Assembly (NCBI GenBank): GCA_964016885.1
Contig: OZ024747.1
Location: 50,716,001-50,780,000 of the forward strand
Direction: 5' to 3'
Length of the DNA: 64,000 nucleotides
Source of the DNA: Eledone cirrhosa
Taxonomy: Eukaryota
A model generated the notes under the pieces. That model made no database searches. It was not told the origin of the DNA and saw only the letters and a program-made list of their open reading frames with translations. Position numbers and translations under genes: made by a program. Every line of letters begins with the position of its first letter. Positions within the stretch are counted from its first letter, which is position 1. Of the stretch, positions 1 through 13,016 are shown one piece after another.

Positions 1-115
1 AGGGGAAGATAAACTTACAGCTTCCCCTGCTACTGTCACAGTAGCAGAGGTCAAGAAGAAAGGTCAGCCAGAGGAAGAATTTTCTCCACCTGTTAACCGA
101 CAACTTGACGTTGCC

Positions 116-1714
116 ATGGCAACAACCCAAAGAACCAGCGGCACCAGCAACAGCAACAACAACAACAATGCGACGGACGAAAACAACACCAATAAGAATA
201 ACAACAACAACAAGACCAATAACTGTGACAACAACAACAATAATAACAACAACACCACCAACTACAACAACAACACAAACAAACAAAATTTCTCCTTCGC
301 CGAGACGACAAGGAAAACCCTCGACTATCTGCCAGTAGATATAACCAAAGCGAAGGAGCTACTGGCAGATGCCAAAAAATATATAGTGTACGGAGAAAAT
401 GGTTCATTCACAATCCATTCCCCCCCGGAACTAAAAAGCCAGAGACTCCTAAACACTGTCATGTTTAGGACAATCTCGAATAAAAGTAAAAAACCAGCTC
501 AACCATCACAGAGTGAGATAGAGCTGGTTTTAAAAGACGTCATGAAGGACATCACCTTCATTCAGAAGGATAGACTCTACGGGAGTCTATCCATTCTCAT
601 AAAGGACAGGGATACAGCAGTGAAACTGTCCATCAAACCAATCACATCCACCGCATACACCTTCTACCCTACGTACATGGGTAGAAGAACACAAAAAATA
701 AAAATCCACACCATCCTGCTGATTATGGACATATGGTGGGTTTTGACAGGTTTCCTGGACCTGGAGGATGACATGCTGGTGTCCATGGGAAAGGCATCGG
801 GTGACGCGTTCAGTGGAACGAGCCTCGAACTTGTAGTTCAAATGAGGCCCGAAAGGATCGCCCAGATCCCTGAACGCGTCAGACTGGATGATCTAACCTT
901 CATCAACATTACCGTTGAGGGTAGACGGCCCTCGTGTTACCTCTGCGTAACCAGGGGTCACCTGAGTGCTGTCTGTCCCCAACTTAATAAGAAAACCCCA
1001 ATCCTGCCTACACCACCAACAACTGCACAACCAACACAATCACCACAACTACCACTACAAAAACAACCACCACAGCTCAAACCAAAACAAAACAATGTCC
1101 AACCCATCCCCTCCACTCAAAAAACAAAAACAATTTCCAAAACACCCGCACCGCAAACACAACCCGAAAATATACCCCTCCCCTCCAACGCGGAAGATGA
1201 CCCTAGTTCGTCGTCAGACGAGGAGGAGCACTTCCACACAATCAAAAGAAAAAAAAGAAAACACACCTCAGACACACAAATGAAAACAACCCCTCCCCAA
1301 AACATAACACTGACACCAACACAAAAAAGCTCACAACAACAGCAAACAAAAAACACCACACAAAAGCAAAAACATGCATACACATACATAAACACAAGAA
1401 ACAAAAAACTGTTAAACATTGTGTACAACAACAATCTAATAAAAACACAAGGGCCTAACTTCACCCAGGCAGGGGATTTCCCCCACCTCAAAATGATTAA
1501 GGCCCCACAGGACACCTATAAAACTTTAAAAAACAATTTTAAAGAGGACGTGGGTCCCCCCTGCGTCGGGCCCATTAACCGCGTCCTCCTAAAAAACTAC
1601 CCCACCCCTCCCCAAACACCCACACAACTCCAAACTCCCCAACCACACAACACACTGATGCCCCTACACTTCCACAAACCACCCTCCCACCCAACAACCC
1701 ATCCCCCAACCTAA
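116..1714 (+). CDS. Tx1-type ORF1 (gag-like nucleic-acid-binding protein)
   Basis: 532-aa open frame with CX2CX4HX4C knuckle (CYLCVTRGHLSAVC), Asn-rich N-terminus, P/Q/T-rich C-terminus and basic KRKKRK patch; lies immediately upstream of ORF2. Confidence 0.85.
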   Translation: MATTQRTSGTSNSNNNNNATDENNTNKNNNNNKTNNCDNNNNNNNNTTNYNNNTNKQNFSFAETTRKTLDYLPVDITKAKELLADAKKYIVYGENGSFTIHSPPELKSQRLLNTVMFRTISNKSKKPAQPSQSEIELVLKDVMKDITFIQKDRLYGSLSILIKDRDTAVKLSIKPITSTAYTFYPTYMGRRTQKIKIHTILLIMDIWWVLTGFLDLEDDMLVSMGKASGDAFSGTSLELVVQMRPERIAQIPERVRLDDLTFINITVEGRRPSCYLCVTRGHLSAVCPQLNKKTPILPTPPTTAQPTQSPQLPLQKQPPQLKPKQNNVQPIPSTQKTKTISKTPAPQTQPENIPLPSNAEDDPSSSSDEEEHFHTIKRKKRKHTSDTQMKTTPPQNITLTPTQKSSQQQQTKNTTQKQKHAYTYINTRNKKLLNIVYNNNLIKTQGPNFTQAGDFPHLKMIKAPQDTYKTLKNNFKEDVGPPCVGPINRVLLKNYPTPPQTPTQLQTPQPHNTLMPLHFHKPPSHPTTHPPT

Positions 1715-1779
1715 TGGAAATTGTGCAGCCCGATACCCGGGACGCAGAGAGGTAAGTGCCTTTTCTCTTCACCACCAAC

Positions 1780-4700
1780 ATGGCTATGCTAAGAGTAGGC
1801 TGTTTAAATGTGCGTGGCCTGGGCTCAACTTGGAAGCAAGCAATGCTTCTAAATGACCTCAGGTCACAACGTATAGATGTGATGGTTATTTGCGAGGCCC
1901 AGATCAGCAACGTGCGACAGCTGGCCCCCACCTTTGATGACTTCGAGATGCACGCATCTCTCTGTCAGCCCGGAGTGGGGGTGGAGTTGTCGTTCTGCTG
2001 CAAAAACATCTGGGTCTCGCAACACAGATGGTACATTTGGACCCGGAGGGTCGACTAGGCAAATCGTAGCGGATCATCTAGGTCGTACCTAGATAGGTTC
2101 TTAGTTAGAATTAAGGATAAGGACTTTTTAAGTTGTCCAAAAATGCGTATGGTTGGCTATTCAGACCACAAGTTAGTGACCTGCATGATCAACCTTGACA
2201 GAACTCATAGACAGGGTTACTGGAAGCTCAACTTGTCCTTACCGGCAAGTAAGGCTTACAGGGACCGGATTAGCACTTTAGTTAAGGAGCGGTTGACGGG
2301 CGCCATCGTCAACAGCAGGTGGTGGGGATCTCTCAAAAGAGAGATTAGAGTAGTCTCTATAGAATTTAGTAAGGAGTTAGCCTCAAATAGAAATAGGAAG
2401 GAAAGGGAGTTGGTAGATAGTGTAGAAGTGGCAATTAGAAGCGGCGACGTGGTCAGAGTGCTAGCGTCGAGAACGGCCCTGGGCCAGTTCTTCGACATGA
2501 AACACGAAGGCTGCATCGTCCGAAGCAAAATACGTGCTCTGGGAAACGAGGGGACCAAAGCTGTTAGCTGGGCCCGCGTGACAGAAGCCAAAAGAGGGAG
2601 CAGATCCACTATCCGGTCTTTGCGAGATCAGGATGGACGGGTGATCCTTGAACCTAAGCAGATGTGCGAGGTTTTTCAAAAGCACTTTGCCGGATTGTTC
2701 GGAAGGGGCGGGGAGCCGGTTGGGGATGTGGACTTCGGTCCATACCTCGACGGCCTGCCGCGTCTCTCGGACAGGGAGGCGAAGTCCTGCGAGGAGCCGA
2801 TTTCAGCCGCTGAGATAGAGGACGTGCTGAGCCAATGCGGCAAACGCAAATCCCCGGGTCTCGATGGTCTTCCATACGAACTATATCTAGCTATGCCGGA
2901 CTTGTTCCCCGATCTCCTCGAGGCGGTCTACTGCAACTGGCAACAGAACGGGAGAATTCCCTGTGCTGTGACCAAGGGCGTAGTTACGCTAGTGAGGAAG
3001 GACGAGAACAAGGGGGACGATATAAATAACTTCAGGCCCATAACTCTGCTAAACACAGAGTTACAGATTTTGGCCAAGGTGCTAGCAAAGAGGTTGGCGC
3101 TTGTCGTGGGCAACCTGGTGGGAGACGCGCAGATATGTGCTATCCCGTCCAGGTCCATCCACGACAACCTCCACCTCATGCGATACATCATAGAGAGAGT
3201 TGGGAACGAACCCGGCTTTGGTGGGGCCCTGATCATCTTGGATCAATCTAAGGCATTCGATAGGGTCGACCATGGTTACCTGGATGCGGTGCTAGCGGCG
3301 GCAGGCTTCGGACCCGTTTTCAGGGGCTGGATCAATGCCATGCACAGCAGCCGCATCTGCTCTAGGGTCAAGGTGAACGGCTACCTCTCGGAGCCGTTCG
3401 AAATCGCGCGGTCCATCCGACAGGGGTGCCCTCTCTCCTCCCTTCTGTATGTAATGACTCTAGAGCCACTGCTGCGGAAGTTGGAGTTGTTGCAGGGCAT
3501 CCCGTTGGAACCGGGATTGCGGAAAGCGGTGTCAGCCTACGCCGATGACGTAACAGTAATGGTGTCGACGGCCTCGGAAATCGGGGCGATCGGCACCTTA
3601 CTGGAGGAGTACGAAAGGTTTACAGGGGCTAAGCTGAACCGGGACAAGTCGATCGGTCTGCAACTCGGCACGTGGAGGGGCAGATCGATGCCCTCCGATG
3701 GCGTCGTCGGGCGCTGGACGGAGGGCCCGGTGAAGTTGCTCGGGGTCTGGTTCGGACCAGACCTCCAGGTGGAGAAGAACTGGGGCGAGGTAACGAACAG
3801 GGTGTTTGCACTGACCCAGAAGTGGGCCGAGTGCAAACTGTCCCTGAAAGGTCGGGCGGAGGTGGCGAACACTTATATAGCGTCCGTCATCTACTACCGC
3901 CTGACCGTTGTGCCTTGCCCAAGGGAAACGCTCGCCAAAATGGAGCGCGCACTCTTCCAATTCCTTTGGAAGAAGCGGACTCCTATGGTGAGGAGATCCA
4001 TCTGCTGTCAACACCCTTCGAAAGGAGGGCTGGGGATGCCGTGCCTAATGATACGTAAACACGCATTAAGGCTACGGCACCTTCAGGTATTCCTCTCCGG
4101 TCAACCGGTGTGGGCCCCGTTTGTGAGACGAGCCTTTCACAGACTCGTCTCACTCACCGAGCTGCAATCCTGGGTCAAGGAAAGACCGAGAAAACTGGGC
4201 GCCTGGCACACCGAGTGTGCTCAGGCTCTCACGGCTCTCTGGCAGGCGGACCCGGCTGTCAGTGGAGAATCCACCTCGTCATTCTATAGAGGGCTGGTGG
4301 TTAGCAGGTGCAACGACGCCCTCGGAGAAGCCCTAGGCATGGAGGAAGACGAACTGGCTAACCTGTTCGGTAGGACATTCAGCCCGGGACCCATGGATAA
4401 CTTCCAGAGGTCCCTGGCCTGGCAATGCTACAGAAGGGCTCTGCCCGTTCGAGAAACGCTCTACAGACACGGGCGCCCGAGTAGGGACCCCTCGAAAAAG
4501 ATCTGTCCCAGATGCGTGTGCGACGAGGAAACCGTTGCACACGCATTGGTACACTGCTCGGGCATTGCCGATCTGTGGGGCTACGTCGAACAACTGCTGT
4601 GAAGGGTGGGACCGATCCGGTTGACCACCGAGTCTATTGTAACGATCAAGCCACTTCCCCTCTTCAAAAACGAAGAAGAGGCGGTGTTTCTGTGCGTAAT

Positions 4701-4920
4701 AGCCATGGCGAAAGAGGTTGTATGGTGGACGCGTCTGAAAGGACTGAGGTCAGGCACCTTTCTCTCTGGCCAACAACTGGTCCGTTTCTTCCGATATCAT
4801 TTCGGAAGAAGGATCAGGATGGAGAGAGAGGTGCTGCACCCCAGCCGTTTTTATGAAAGATGGGTGGAAGTGGCGAGAATGGCCCTTGTGAATGGGCCTT
4901 CACTCTACATCAGACTATAG
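1780..4920 (+). pseudogene. Tx1-type ORF2 (APE endonuclease + reverse transcriptase), disrupted
   Basis: APE start MAMLRVGCLNVRGL; frameshift near 1980; internal deletion near 2058 (HLDPEGRL joined to ANRSGSSRSYLDRFL...YSDH, no GDFN motif). RT motifs KSPGLDGLP, FRPITLLN, LDQSKAFDRV, IRQGCPLS, AYADDV; CPRC...HALVHC; premature TGA at 4600-4602 with the frame continuing to TAG at 4920. Confidence 0.92.
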
Positions 4921-5207
4921 GTGAGGAAGATGAAAGACCAAGGGAGCACCCCCTCTCTGTGCTCCCGAGGAAAAGGGTTGCACACTTTTTGTCGGGGGTG
5001 TGTGCGACCCCCCCCCCCCCCCCCCCCCCAAGGCGCCTCCTCTCTACTGAGGACTTTGTTATAAATTTTATTTTTTGTTATATTTTACTTTATTTTTATT
5101 TTTATATATTGTTATTGCCTCCTCCCTATTGAGGACGCCTTGTTTTGTAAACTCCCCCCATTGTACTTGTCCCACTTTTGATGCCCTGGTGGCAAATAAA
5201 AGAAACA

Positions 5208-5272
<65 letters not shown>

Positions 5273-5411
5273 AACTAAATCCCTACACTCACTATCTACA
5301 GTCAGTTCTCACCAAGAATCACAAAAACGTTTAATAAAGCCATGTAGTTAAACCATCGTTTTCACGCCAGTTCCATTGAGGCTGGCGAAACATTTGACCA
5401 CTTGTTGGCAC

Positions 5412-5514
5412 ATTGATGGTCTCTCAAAGACAACCAATCAGCATTGATGGTCCCTCTCGGACAACCAATCAACATTGATGGTCCCTCTCAGACAGACAAC
5501 AACCAATCAACATT
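5412..5514. repeat. ~31-bp tandem repeat, about 3 copies
   Basis: CATTGATGGTCYCTC..GACAACCAATCAR repeated three times. Confidence 0.75.
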
Positions 5515-5570
5515 CTTCTGGCTTTGTCAGCCAATGAAACTAACAATCCCACCGTTTATTGTTAGACTTC

Positions 5571-5624
<54 letters not shown>

Positions 5625-5837
5625 ACTTTTCTTTCTTTATACCTTTCTTCTTTTTCTTCACTCTTTCTCTCTCAATATATATAAATAAATATATATATAT
5701 AGAAAGAGAGAGAGAGAGGGGGGGGGAAAGAAAGATAGATAGATGTAGCAGGCATACCTGTATTACTTAATATTTTTCTCTCTCTCTCCTCTCTCTCTCC
5801 CCATCTCTCCCTCCGTCCTCCTCTCTTTCGCTCTCTC

Positions 5838-5868
<31 letters not shown>

Positions 5869-6351
5869 TTCACACAGAAACACTCATACACATCTACAAA
5901 CTCATACAATTACACCCACACACTTACATACCCATACACTCACGCATACCCCCCCCCCCTACCACTACACACACTCAGTGTGAAGTGCCGGTACAATCGT
6001 TTATATTAACGCTATCGCTTACTGCCATTCTTGTATTCATTTATTCCTTACATTCCTTCATTCTCTTAATCGTTCACTCATTTCATTCGTACGTTTTATC
6101 CAAGTTATTCTACGCTATATTGTCTGCAAGCCATAGTAAATTTGGTTGCTTCTTACTGTTGGTATTAGAGGGTACCTTTTAGAGAATATCGGAATATCAG
6201 AATAGTAAGAATGGTTGTTTTCTGTGCCTGCAAGGTTTGGTCTTAGCTAAAGAAGACAGTTTAATGTTACACCAAGAGAATAAGAATGGATTACGGCTCA
6301 CCTCTGAGAATAGTTTACTTTATGTTATATAATATTGTAGTTGATGTTGCG

Positions 6352-6440
6352 TCTTCTTCTTCTTCTTCTTCTTCTTCTTCTTCTTCTTCTTCTTCTTCTT
6401 CTTCTTCTTCTTCTTCTTCTTCTTCTTCTTCTTCTTCTTC
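6352..6440. repeat. (TTC)n microsatellite
   Basis: Pure TCT run, directly visible. Confidence 0.97.
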
Positions 6441-6459
6441 ACAGTTGCTCGTAATCTAT

Positions 6460-7290
6460 CACTTAACCCCCCCTCTCTCTCTCTCTCTCGCACACTCACT
6501 CTCTCTCTCTCTTTCACAATGTCTTTTTGTCTTATCTCACTCACTTTGTCCCCCTCTCTCTCTTCCTCACACTCACTCTCTCTCTCACTCACTCACTCAC
6601 TCACTCTCTTTCTTACTCACACACACACACTCTCTCTTCCTCTCTCCCTCACAATATCTTTTTGTCTTATCTTACTCACTTTGTCCCCACTCACTCACCC
6701 CCCTCTCTCCCTCACAATATCTTTTTGTCTTGTCTCACTTTCTCTCTCCCTCACAATATCTTTTGTCTTCTCTCACTCACTTTGTCCCCCTCTCTCTCTC
6801 ACTCTCTCCCCCACAATGTCTTGTTGTCCTCTCTCACTCACTCACTCTCTCTTTCTCTCTCTCTCAAAATATTTTTTGTCCCCACTCACTTACTCTCTCT
6901 CACTCACTCACTCTCTATCTCACAATGTCTTTTTGTCCTCTCTCACTCACTCACTCTCTCTCTCACAATGTCTTTTTGTCTTCTCTCACTCACTCACTTA
7001 CTCTCTCTCTCTCTCTCTCACTCACTCACTCACTCTCTCTTTCTCTCTCTCACAATGTCTTTTTGTCCTCACTCACTCACTCTCTCTCTCACTCACTCAC
7101 TCTCTCTCACAATGTCTTTTTGTCCTCTCTCACTCACTTACTCTCTCTCTCTCACTCACTCACTCTCTCTTTCTCTCTCTCACAATGTCTTTTTGTCCTC
7201 ACTCACTCACTCTCTCTCTCCCTCACAATGTCTTGTCCTCACTCACTCACTCACTCACTCACTCTTTCTCTCTTTCCTTCTGTCTGTTTC
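6460..7290. repeat. Compound minisatellite: CACAATRTCTTTTTGTC motif interspersed with (CT)n/(CACT)n
   Basis: About 12 recurrences of the motif separated by variable-length CT/CACT runs. Confidence 0.85.
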
Positions 7291-7445
7291 TCTATCTCCT
7301 CCTCACGTTGATTCAATCTACCTCTCTCATCTACATGTCCTTGTATAGCCCTCTTGCCAATTTAACTATAATTACCATTTCTTTCTTTCTTTCTTTTTTC
7401 CTCTCTTTCTTCCTTTCTGTCTACTTTGATTTTAACTATTTAAAA

Positions 7446-8176
7446 TCTACAGGCACGGACGCCCTGGCAGAGATCCTGCCAAAAGGACCTGTCCAAGATG
7501 CGAGCAGGACATCGAGACCGTTCTGCACGCAATTGTTCAGTGCCCAGGGGTGACCGACCTGTGGAATTATGTCGAACAGCTACTGTCACGTGTGGGACGC
7601 ATCCAGTTGTCAACCGAGTCCCATCGTGAGGATCACCCCCACCGCCTTCATTTAAGAATGAAGGAGAGGAGGTTTTCCTCTGTCTGGTGGCTATGGTGAA
7701 AGAGGTAATATGGTGCACGAGGTTAAAAGGACTGAGGGCAAACACCTTTCTCTCCGGACATTTCATCCCCTTCTTTATGTACCACTTCAGAAGGAAGATG
7801 AGAGTGGAGAGAGAGGTGCTACACCCCAGTAAATTTGCTGAAAGGTGGGTGAATGTGGTGAAAATGGCCCGAGTGAATGGGTCTTCTCTGTATATAAACC
7901 TGTAGGTTGAAGAAGATTAACATTTTGAAGACGAAAACACCTACAAAACGTGTTCCTGGTGTTGAGGGTTGTTCTATCCACGGGGTATAAAACAACCCCG
8001 CAGTAACTTTACCCTTATTGGGGATTTCGATTGTTTTATTTTATATATAATTTATTGTTATTCATTATTGTTAAAGATTTTATGTAAAACCCCCGCCGTC
8101 ACGTCTTGTAATGTCCATTTTTGTGCTCCCCTGTATGAAATAAAGAAATCTAACTACCTATCTAGCTATCTATCTA
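7446..8176 (+). mobile_element. 5'-truncated, diverged Tx1-family copy 2
   Basis: Homologous to about 4460-5270 (KEVIWCTRLKGLR...NGSSLYINL*); AATAAA at 8139-8144; degenerate (TATC)n tail at 8148-8176. Confidence 0.9.
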
Positions 8177-9337
8177 CGCGCTCAGGCTGCGGCACCTCCA
8201 CGTATTCCTCACCAGACAACCGGTGTGGGCCCCGTTCGTGAGGCGAGCCTTCCCACGACTCGTCTCGCTGACCGAGCTGCAGACCTGGGTCAAGCAAAGA
8301 CCGAGGAAAATGGGCGACTGGCATTTCGAATGTGCTCAGGCGCTCACAGTCCTCTGGCAAACAAAGCCGGCGATCAGTGGAGACTCCAGTTCGACATTCT
8401 ATAGAGGATTGGTCCGCAGCAAGTGCGACGACACGCTCGGAGAAACTCTAGGCGTAGAGGAGGGCGAACTGGCCAGTCTGTTCGGTAGGACCTTCCGCCC
8501 GGGACCAATGGACAACTTCCAAAAGTCCCTGGCCTGGCAGTGCTACTGAGGAGCTCTACCAGTTTGAGACAAGCTCTACAGACACGGGCGCCCGGGTAGG
8601 GACCCTTCGAATAAGATCTGTCCGAGATGCGTGCGCGACGAGGAAACCATCGCACACGCATTTGTACACTGCCCGGGCGTTACCGACCTGTGGGGCTATG
8701 TAGAACGACTATTGTCGCGGGTGGGACCAATCCAGTTGACCACCGAGTCCATTGTCATGATCAAACCGCCACCTTCCTTCAAAAACGAGGGAGAGGCGGT
8801 TTTCCTATGTGTTATGGCTATGGAGAAAGAGGTTATATGGTGGACGAGGTTAAAAGGGCGGAGGTGAGACACCTTTCTCTCCGGCGAGCAACTGATTCGT
8901 TTTTTCAAATATCATTTTGGAGGAAGAATCAGGGTGGGGAGAGAGGTGCTGTACCCCAGCAAATTTTATAAAAGGTGGGTGAATGTGGCAAAGATGGCCC
9001 GAGTGGTTGGGCCTTCTCTCTATATAAGCCTGTAGGTTGAGGAAAAAGAGGAAGAGAGGAAAGAAGTACTCACTCTTGGTGCTCCTGGAGATGAGGGTTG
9101 TACATTTTTTCGGCGTGTGTACAACCCCTGTGTAACACCTCCCCCCTATTGGGGATTTCAATTGTTATTTGTTGTTTTATTAATAGTTTTATTTTCATAT
9201 ACCTGTATGTAAACTCCCCATTTGTATTTGTCCCCTTCTTGTGTGCCCTTGTGGCTAATAAAGAAATTTATCTATCTATCTATCTATCTTCTATCTATCT
9301 TCTATCTATCTATCTATCTATTTATCTATCTATCTAT
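8177..9337 (+). mobile_element. 5'-truncated Tx1-family copy 3
   Basis: Homologous to about 4061-5270 (WAPFVRRAF...GPMDNFQKSLAWQCY...); internal stops; AATAAA at 9257-9262; (TATC)n at 9269-9337; begins directly at the tail of copy 2. Confidence 0.92.
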
Positions 9338-9844
9338 TTTCAGTGTAGTACCAGTCCAGGGTTAGTGGATTGGTGTAATTGTTAAAAACTTGAACATGTG
9401 ATTTGCTATATACTTTCAGGCTTCGAGTGATCTTGCGACCAATGGTACCAGTAATGGCAAGAACAACGGAAACATTGCTTCGCTGGTCCGATCTAACTAT
9501 CGGCTCTTTTCTTTTCTTTTTTAGGTTTCTGATCCCAGAGTCAGTGCAAGTTTGGAGTGATGTTTAAGTGTAGAAGGCGAGGTTTAAATGAAAGTTGGTA
9601 TCATCTATGACGGTGGTGCTTTGCTAGAAAGGATGTCAAATATGTCAATAGAAGGATTGCTATGAACTATACAGACTAGCGTCGCAGAGGATGCTTTTAT
9701 TCAACTCACCAATATATTTAAGTCTTTCTCGAATCTCAAATCTTAGGTCTGATCATATTTCGATTTCGCTTTAAGTGGCTCAATATACAAGACTTCCCTT
9801 GAACGGATCACCAGTCCTTAGAAAGCTTACCTCTAGTTGCTGTT

Positions 9845-9925
9845 GTGGAGCAACGTAATATGAAGTAACTTTCTCCTGGACAAGAAGACACTACTCGGTC
9901 TGGGAATCAAACCCAGACCATAGTA
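9845..9925 (-). mobile_element. Degenerate tRNA-derived SINE fragment
   Basis: GGAGCAACGT..ATGAAGT..GGACA..GGGAATCAAACC; reverse complement contains a B-box-like GGTTTGATTCCC. Confidence 0.45.
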
Positions 9926-10544
9926 CAGTAGTATTTATTTTTTAATTAATCATATTAACAGCACGCCTTAATTAAGTCATGCGCTTTACAATTGATATCT
10001 GATATAATAGCAAGTTTCATGTACGATTTTCTAGGATAATGGGTGACAAAACAAGAAACATTTCATATTGCGCTGGCAAAGCAGAATTATTTTCTTCTAA
10101 ATCATTACAAACATTCATTATAATAAAATATATCAAAACTTCAATGTAAATCTAAACTGTTTTTACACGTTGCACACATTTACAGCCTCAACAACAACAC
10201 CGACACACAAAGGTAACAACAACAACCATTCACGCGAACACATACATATTAGCATATTTGTTTGTACGGCCATTCATAACCTAACATATATATTAACATA
10301 CACACACACAAACACCTATTAACACAACCACACAAACAAATATTAACATACACAAACATGTGTATTTTTAACACACACAACGCGCACACAAACGTATACA
10401 TTAGAATACACACATAAGCATATATTAACAGAAACACACACACATACATTGACATACACAAACAAAATATGTGAGTGGTGGACCTTTGACGGTTTCAACG
10501 AGGAATGTTCACCTTGTGCTCGTGAAATTTACATGTAAATAATT

Positions 10545-10740
10545 GAACATTCCAATGACACGTGTACCTTAACTTAGATTTCTGTGAGATTCAACGGGAT
10601 AAAGTATGTACTAGGGCTACCTTGTTAAATTACAGGTTGAGTGGAATGGAGGAACAGGCAATAAGATACTTGATTAAGGACACAGGGAAGCGAACGTACC
10701 ACCTTACAATCGTGAACCCAATACTCTAACAAGTGAGCCT
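10545..10740 (-). mobile_element. Degenerate tRNA-derived SINE
   Basis: Resembles a cephalopod SINE body as recalled (CATTCC..GACACGTGTACC..TTACAGG..AAGGACAC) followed by an eroded tRNA-like head; not database-checked. Confidence 0.45.
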
Positions 10741-11074
10741 TTCAAACATATACATTAATATACACACACACTGTAGTTATATGTTAACAAATCTACACTA
10801 ACATTCACATACACACACATACACACATATGTATATATATAGTTTCATACACATACAAACACATATATATTTACATACACCTATTAACAATCACATACAG
10901 GTATATACATTAACATACATATACAAGCATATACAATAACATACATATACAAAGGTACATACAAAAACATATATATAAGCATACACTCAGAAACCCATAT
11001 ATGTATTGCCATGTCTATTTTACAAACATACATACATACGCAACCATATGTGTATATAATCATACACTCACAAA

Positions 11075-11133
<59 letters not shown>

Positions 11134-11216
11134 TCACGAACCTATATATATATATATATATATACTCACAAACTTATATATATATATACTCACGAACCTA
11201 TATATATACTCATGAA

Positions 11217-11276
<60 letters not shown>

Positions 11277-11797
11277 CATATACTCACAAATACATACATG
11301 TATTACCATATTTATTTTACAAATATACATACACAACCATATATATATATATAATAATACACTCATAAGCCCATACATATATTACCATATTTATTCTACG
11401 CACACTAATAATGCGGAAATACATAGCTACATTGTTCTACTTTTAATGTTAACACCTCGATATAATTATTTTAGCTTTAGTAGTAACATGGCTTATTTTA
11501 ATGCCTACACAAATGAACGGTGCTATTTCAATCAAATTAAAGACTTAACAATTTCCATTCTCATAAATGCTTTTTAAAATTAACTGATATTTTAAATTAT
11601 ATCACTTTTCAAATTGTGTAATGATATGAAAGGTATGAATCAATATTTGAGAACATTATTATACACATATAATAGAAATCTATATATACACACATATAAT
11701 AGAAATCTATATATACACACATATAATTATACGTTATTAAATTATTTCTCCACTTCCTTCCGCCGCCACACTCACTCCCATGCTCTTTTCGGTGAAA

Positions 11798-11836
<39 letters not shown>

Positions 11837-11999
11837 TAAAATTAGAATTTTATTTCTCGTCCTAGCACAGCTGATATATAAATGTAAGTATGCACACTTA
11901 CACACACACACACACACACACAGACACACACATATATATATATATATATATACACACATACGTTCATATACATATGTACATTTGGGTTATATCGTACAT

Positions 12000-12310
12000 T
12001 AATAATTGTTTCTACTTTTGGCACAAGCTCAGCAATTACCCAGTGCATTACTGGTACTTTATTTTATCGACCCCGTAAGGATGAAAGGCAAAGTTAACCT
12101 CGACGGGATTTGAACTCAGACCGTAATGGTTACGTAACTATGCTAGAAAGCATAGCGGCTAACCCTCTACCGATACTTAATAATCGTTTCAACTTTTGGC
12201 ACAAGGCCAGCAAATACTCAGTGTATTACTGGTACTTTATTTTATCGACCCTGTAAGGATGAAAGGCAAAGTTAACCTCGGCGGGATTTGAACTCTGACC
12301 GATACTTAAT
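12000..12310 (-). mobile_element. Two tandem partial copies of a tRNA-derived SINE with Meta-like central domain
   Basis: Reverse complement has B-box GAGTTCAAATCC followed by GCCTTTCATCCTTACGGGGTCGATAAAATAAAGTACCAG; same family at 13690, 23198, 30751, 37606 and 45498. Confidence 0.85.
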
Positions 12311-12485
12311 AATAATGCCCGATTCGTTTGTAAACAAACGGCCCGATTTGAAGCTGTGCCGGTGCCCGATCGTCACATGTTTGTTATATGTATATATATA
12401 TCCAGGGTGTTTAACGCGGAGTTTCATATGAATGTTAGAATTTTTTGTACGCCATGTATATTAATTCTGTCATTACTACCAAAGA

Positions 12486-12570
12486 GTTCCGACGAGCTAT
12501 TGATTCCGGAGTCGGGCTAGATCGATACAGATCGAACCTTGAGCTGATCAGTAGTGAAACACGTGTCAAC
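12486..12570 (+). ncRNA. Hammerhead ribozyme-like motif (type I, core CCGACGA, long stem II)
   Basis: GTT-CCGACGA-GCTATTGAT...ATCAGTAGT-GAAAC-ACGT-GTC/AAC; palindromic loop III; related eroded copies near 23860-23960 (-) and 24074-24105 (+). Confidence 0.6.
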
Positions 12571-12639
12571 AACCAATAAACGTAATGAAGGAGTAACCAT
12601 TCCTCCTTGTATTATTATATATAAATATATATATGTATA

Positions 12640-12689
<50 letters not shown>

Positions 12690-12690
<1 letters not shown>

Positions 12691-12880
12691 AAAAATGACT
12701 TCTACCGGACTAGAACAGTTTCATTCCTTATAGGTTTTTACGAACAAAACAGTTCTAGTCCTGTAGAAGCCATTTCTATTATAATATAAATATTCCTGCA
12801 CTCTACTAATATATTGAGTACCTTATTATCTGTAGTCATCTCCTGATATACATCGGGAATCCACTCAACACCATGAAGCA
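12690..12880. mobile_element. Fold-back remnant of the PLE terminal repeat family seen at 18968/22345
   Basis: TTCTACCGGACTAGAACAGTTT is inverted against AAACAGTTCTAGTCCTGTAGAA, followed by the ACTCTAC...ATTGAGTAC motif. Confidence 0.6.
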
Positions 12881-12985
12881 TCCCAGATTACATCTGGTGG
12901 TCCAAACTGAGAATATGGAGTGAAGAATAAGTTTGCATAAGTTTTCTATTACAAATCCGGCCTATTATGCGTACATGTTTTTCAT

Positions 12986-13011
<26 letters not shown>

Positions 13012-13016
<5 letters not shown>

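Larger units (their letters stand above)
1..5267 (+). mobile_element. Near full-length Tx1/L1-clade non-LTR retrotransposon, inactivated (5' end may lie outside the window)
   Basis: ORF1 with zinc knuckle; ORF2 with APE N-terminus, RT and C-terminal Cys/His motif; 3' UTR with AATAAA at 5195-5200 and (TATC)n at about 5207-5267. Confidence 0.93.

Noticed and set aside
4600-4602. In-frame TGA in ORF2 as programmed readthrough or selenocysteine
   Set aside because: Copies 2 and 3 have TCA and TCG (Ser) at the homologous codon, so this is a point mutation.
6460-7290. Constant motif with variable spacers resembling CRISPR
   Set aside because: The spacers are CT/CACT microsatellite slippage, not unique sequence.
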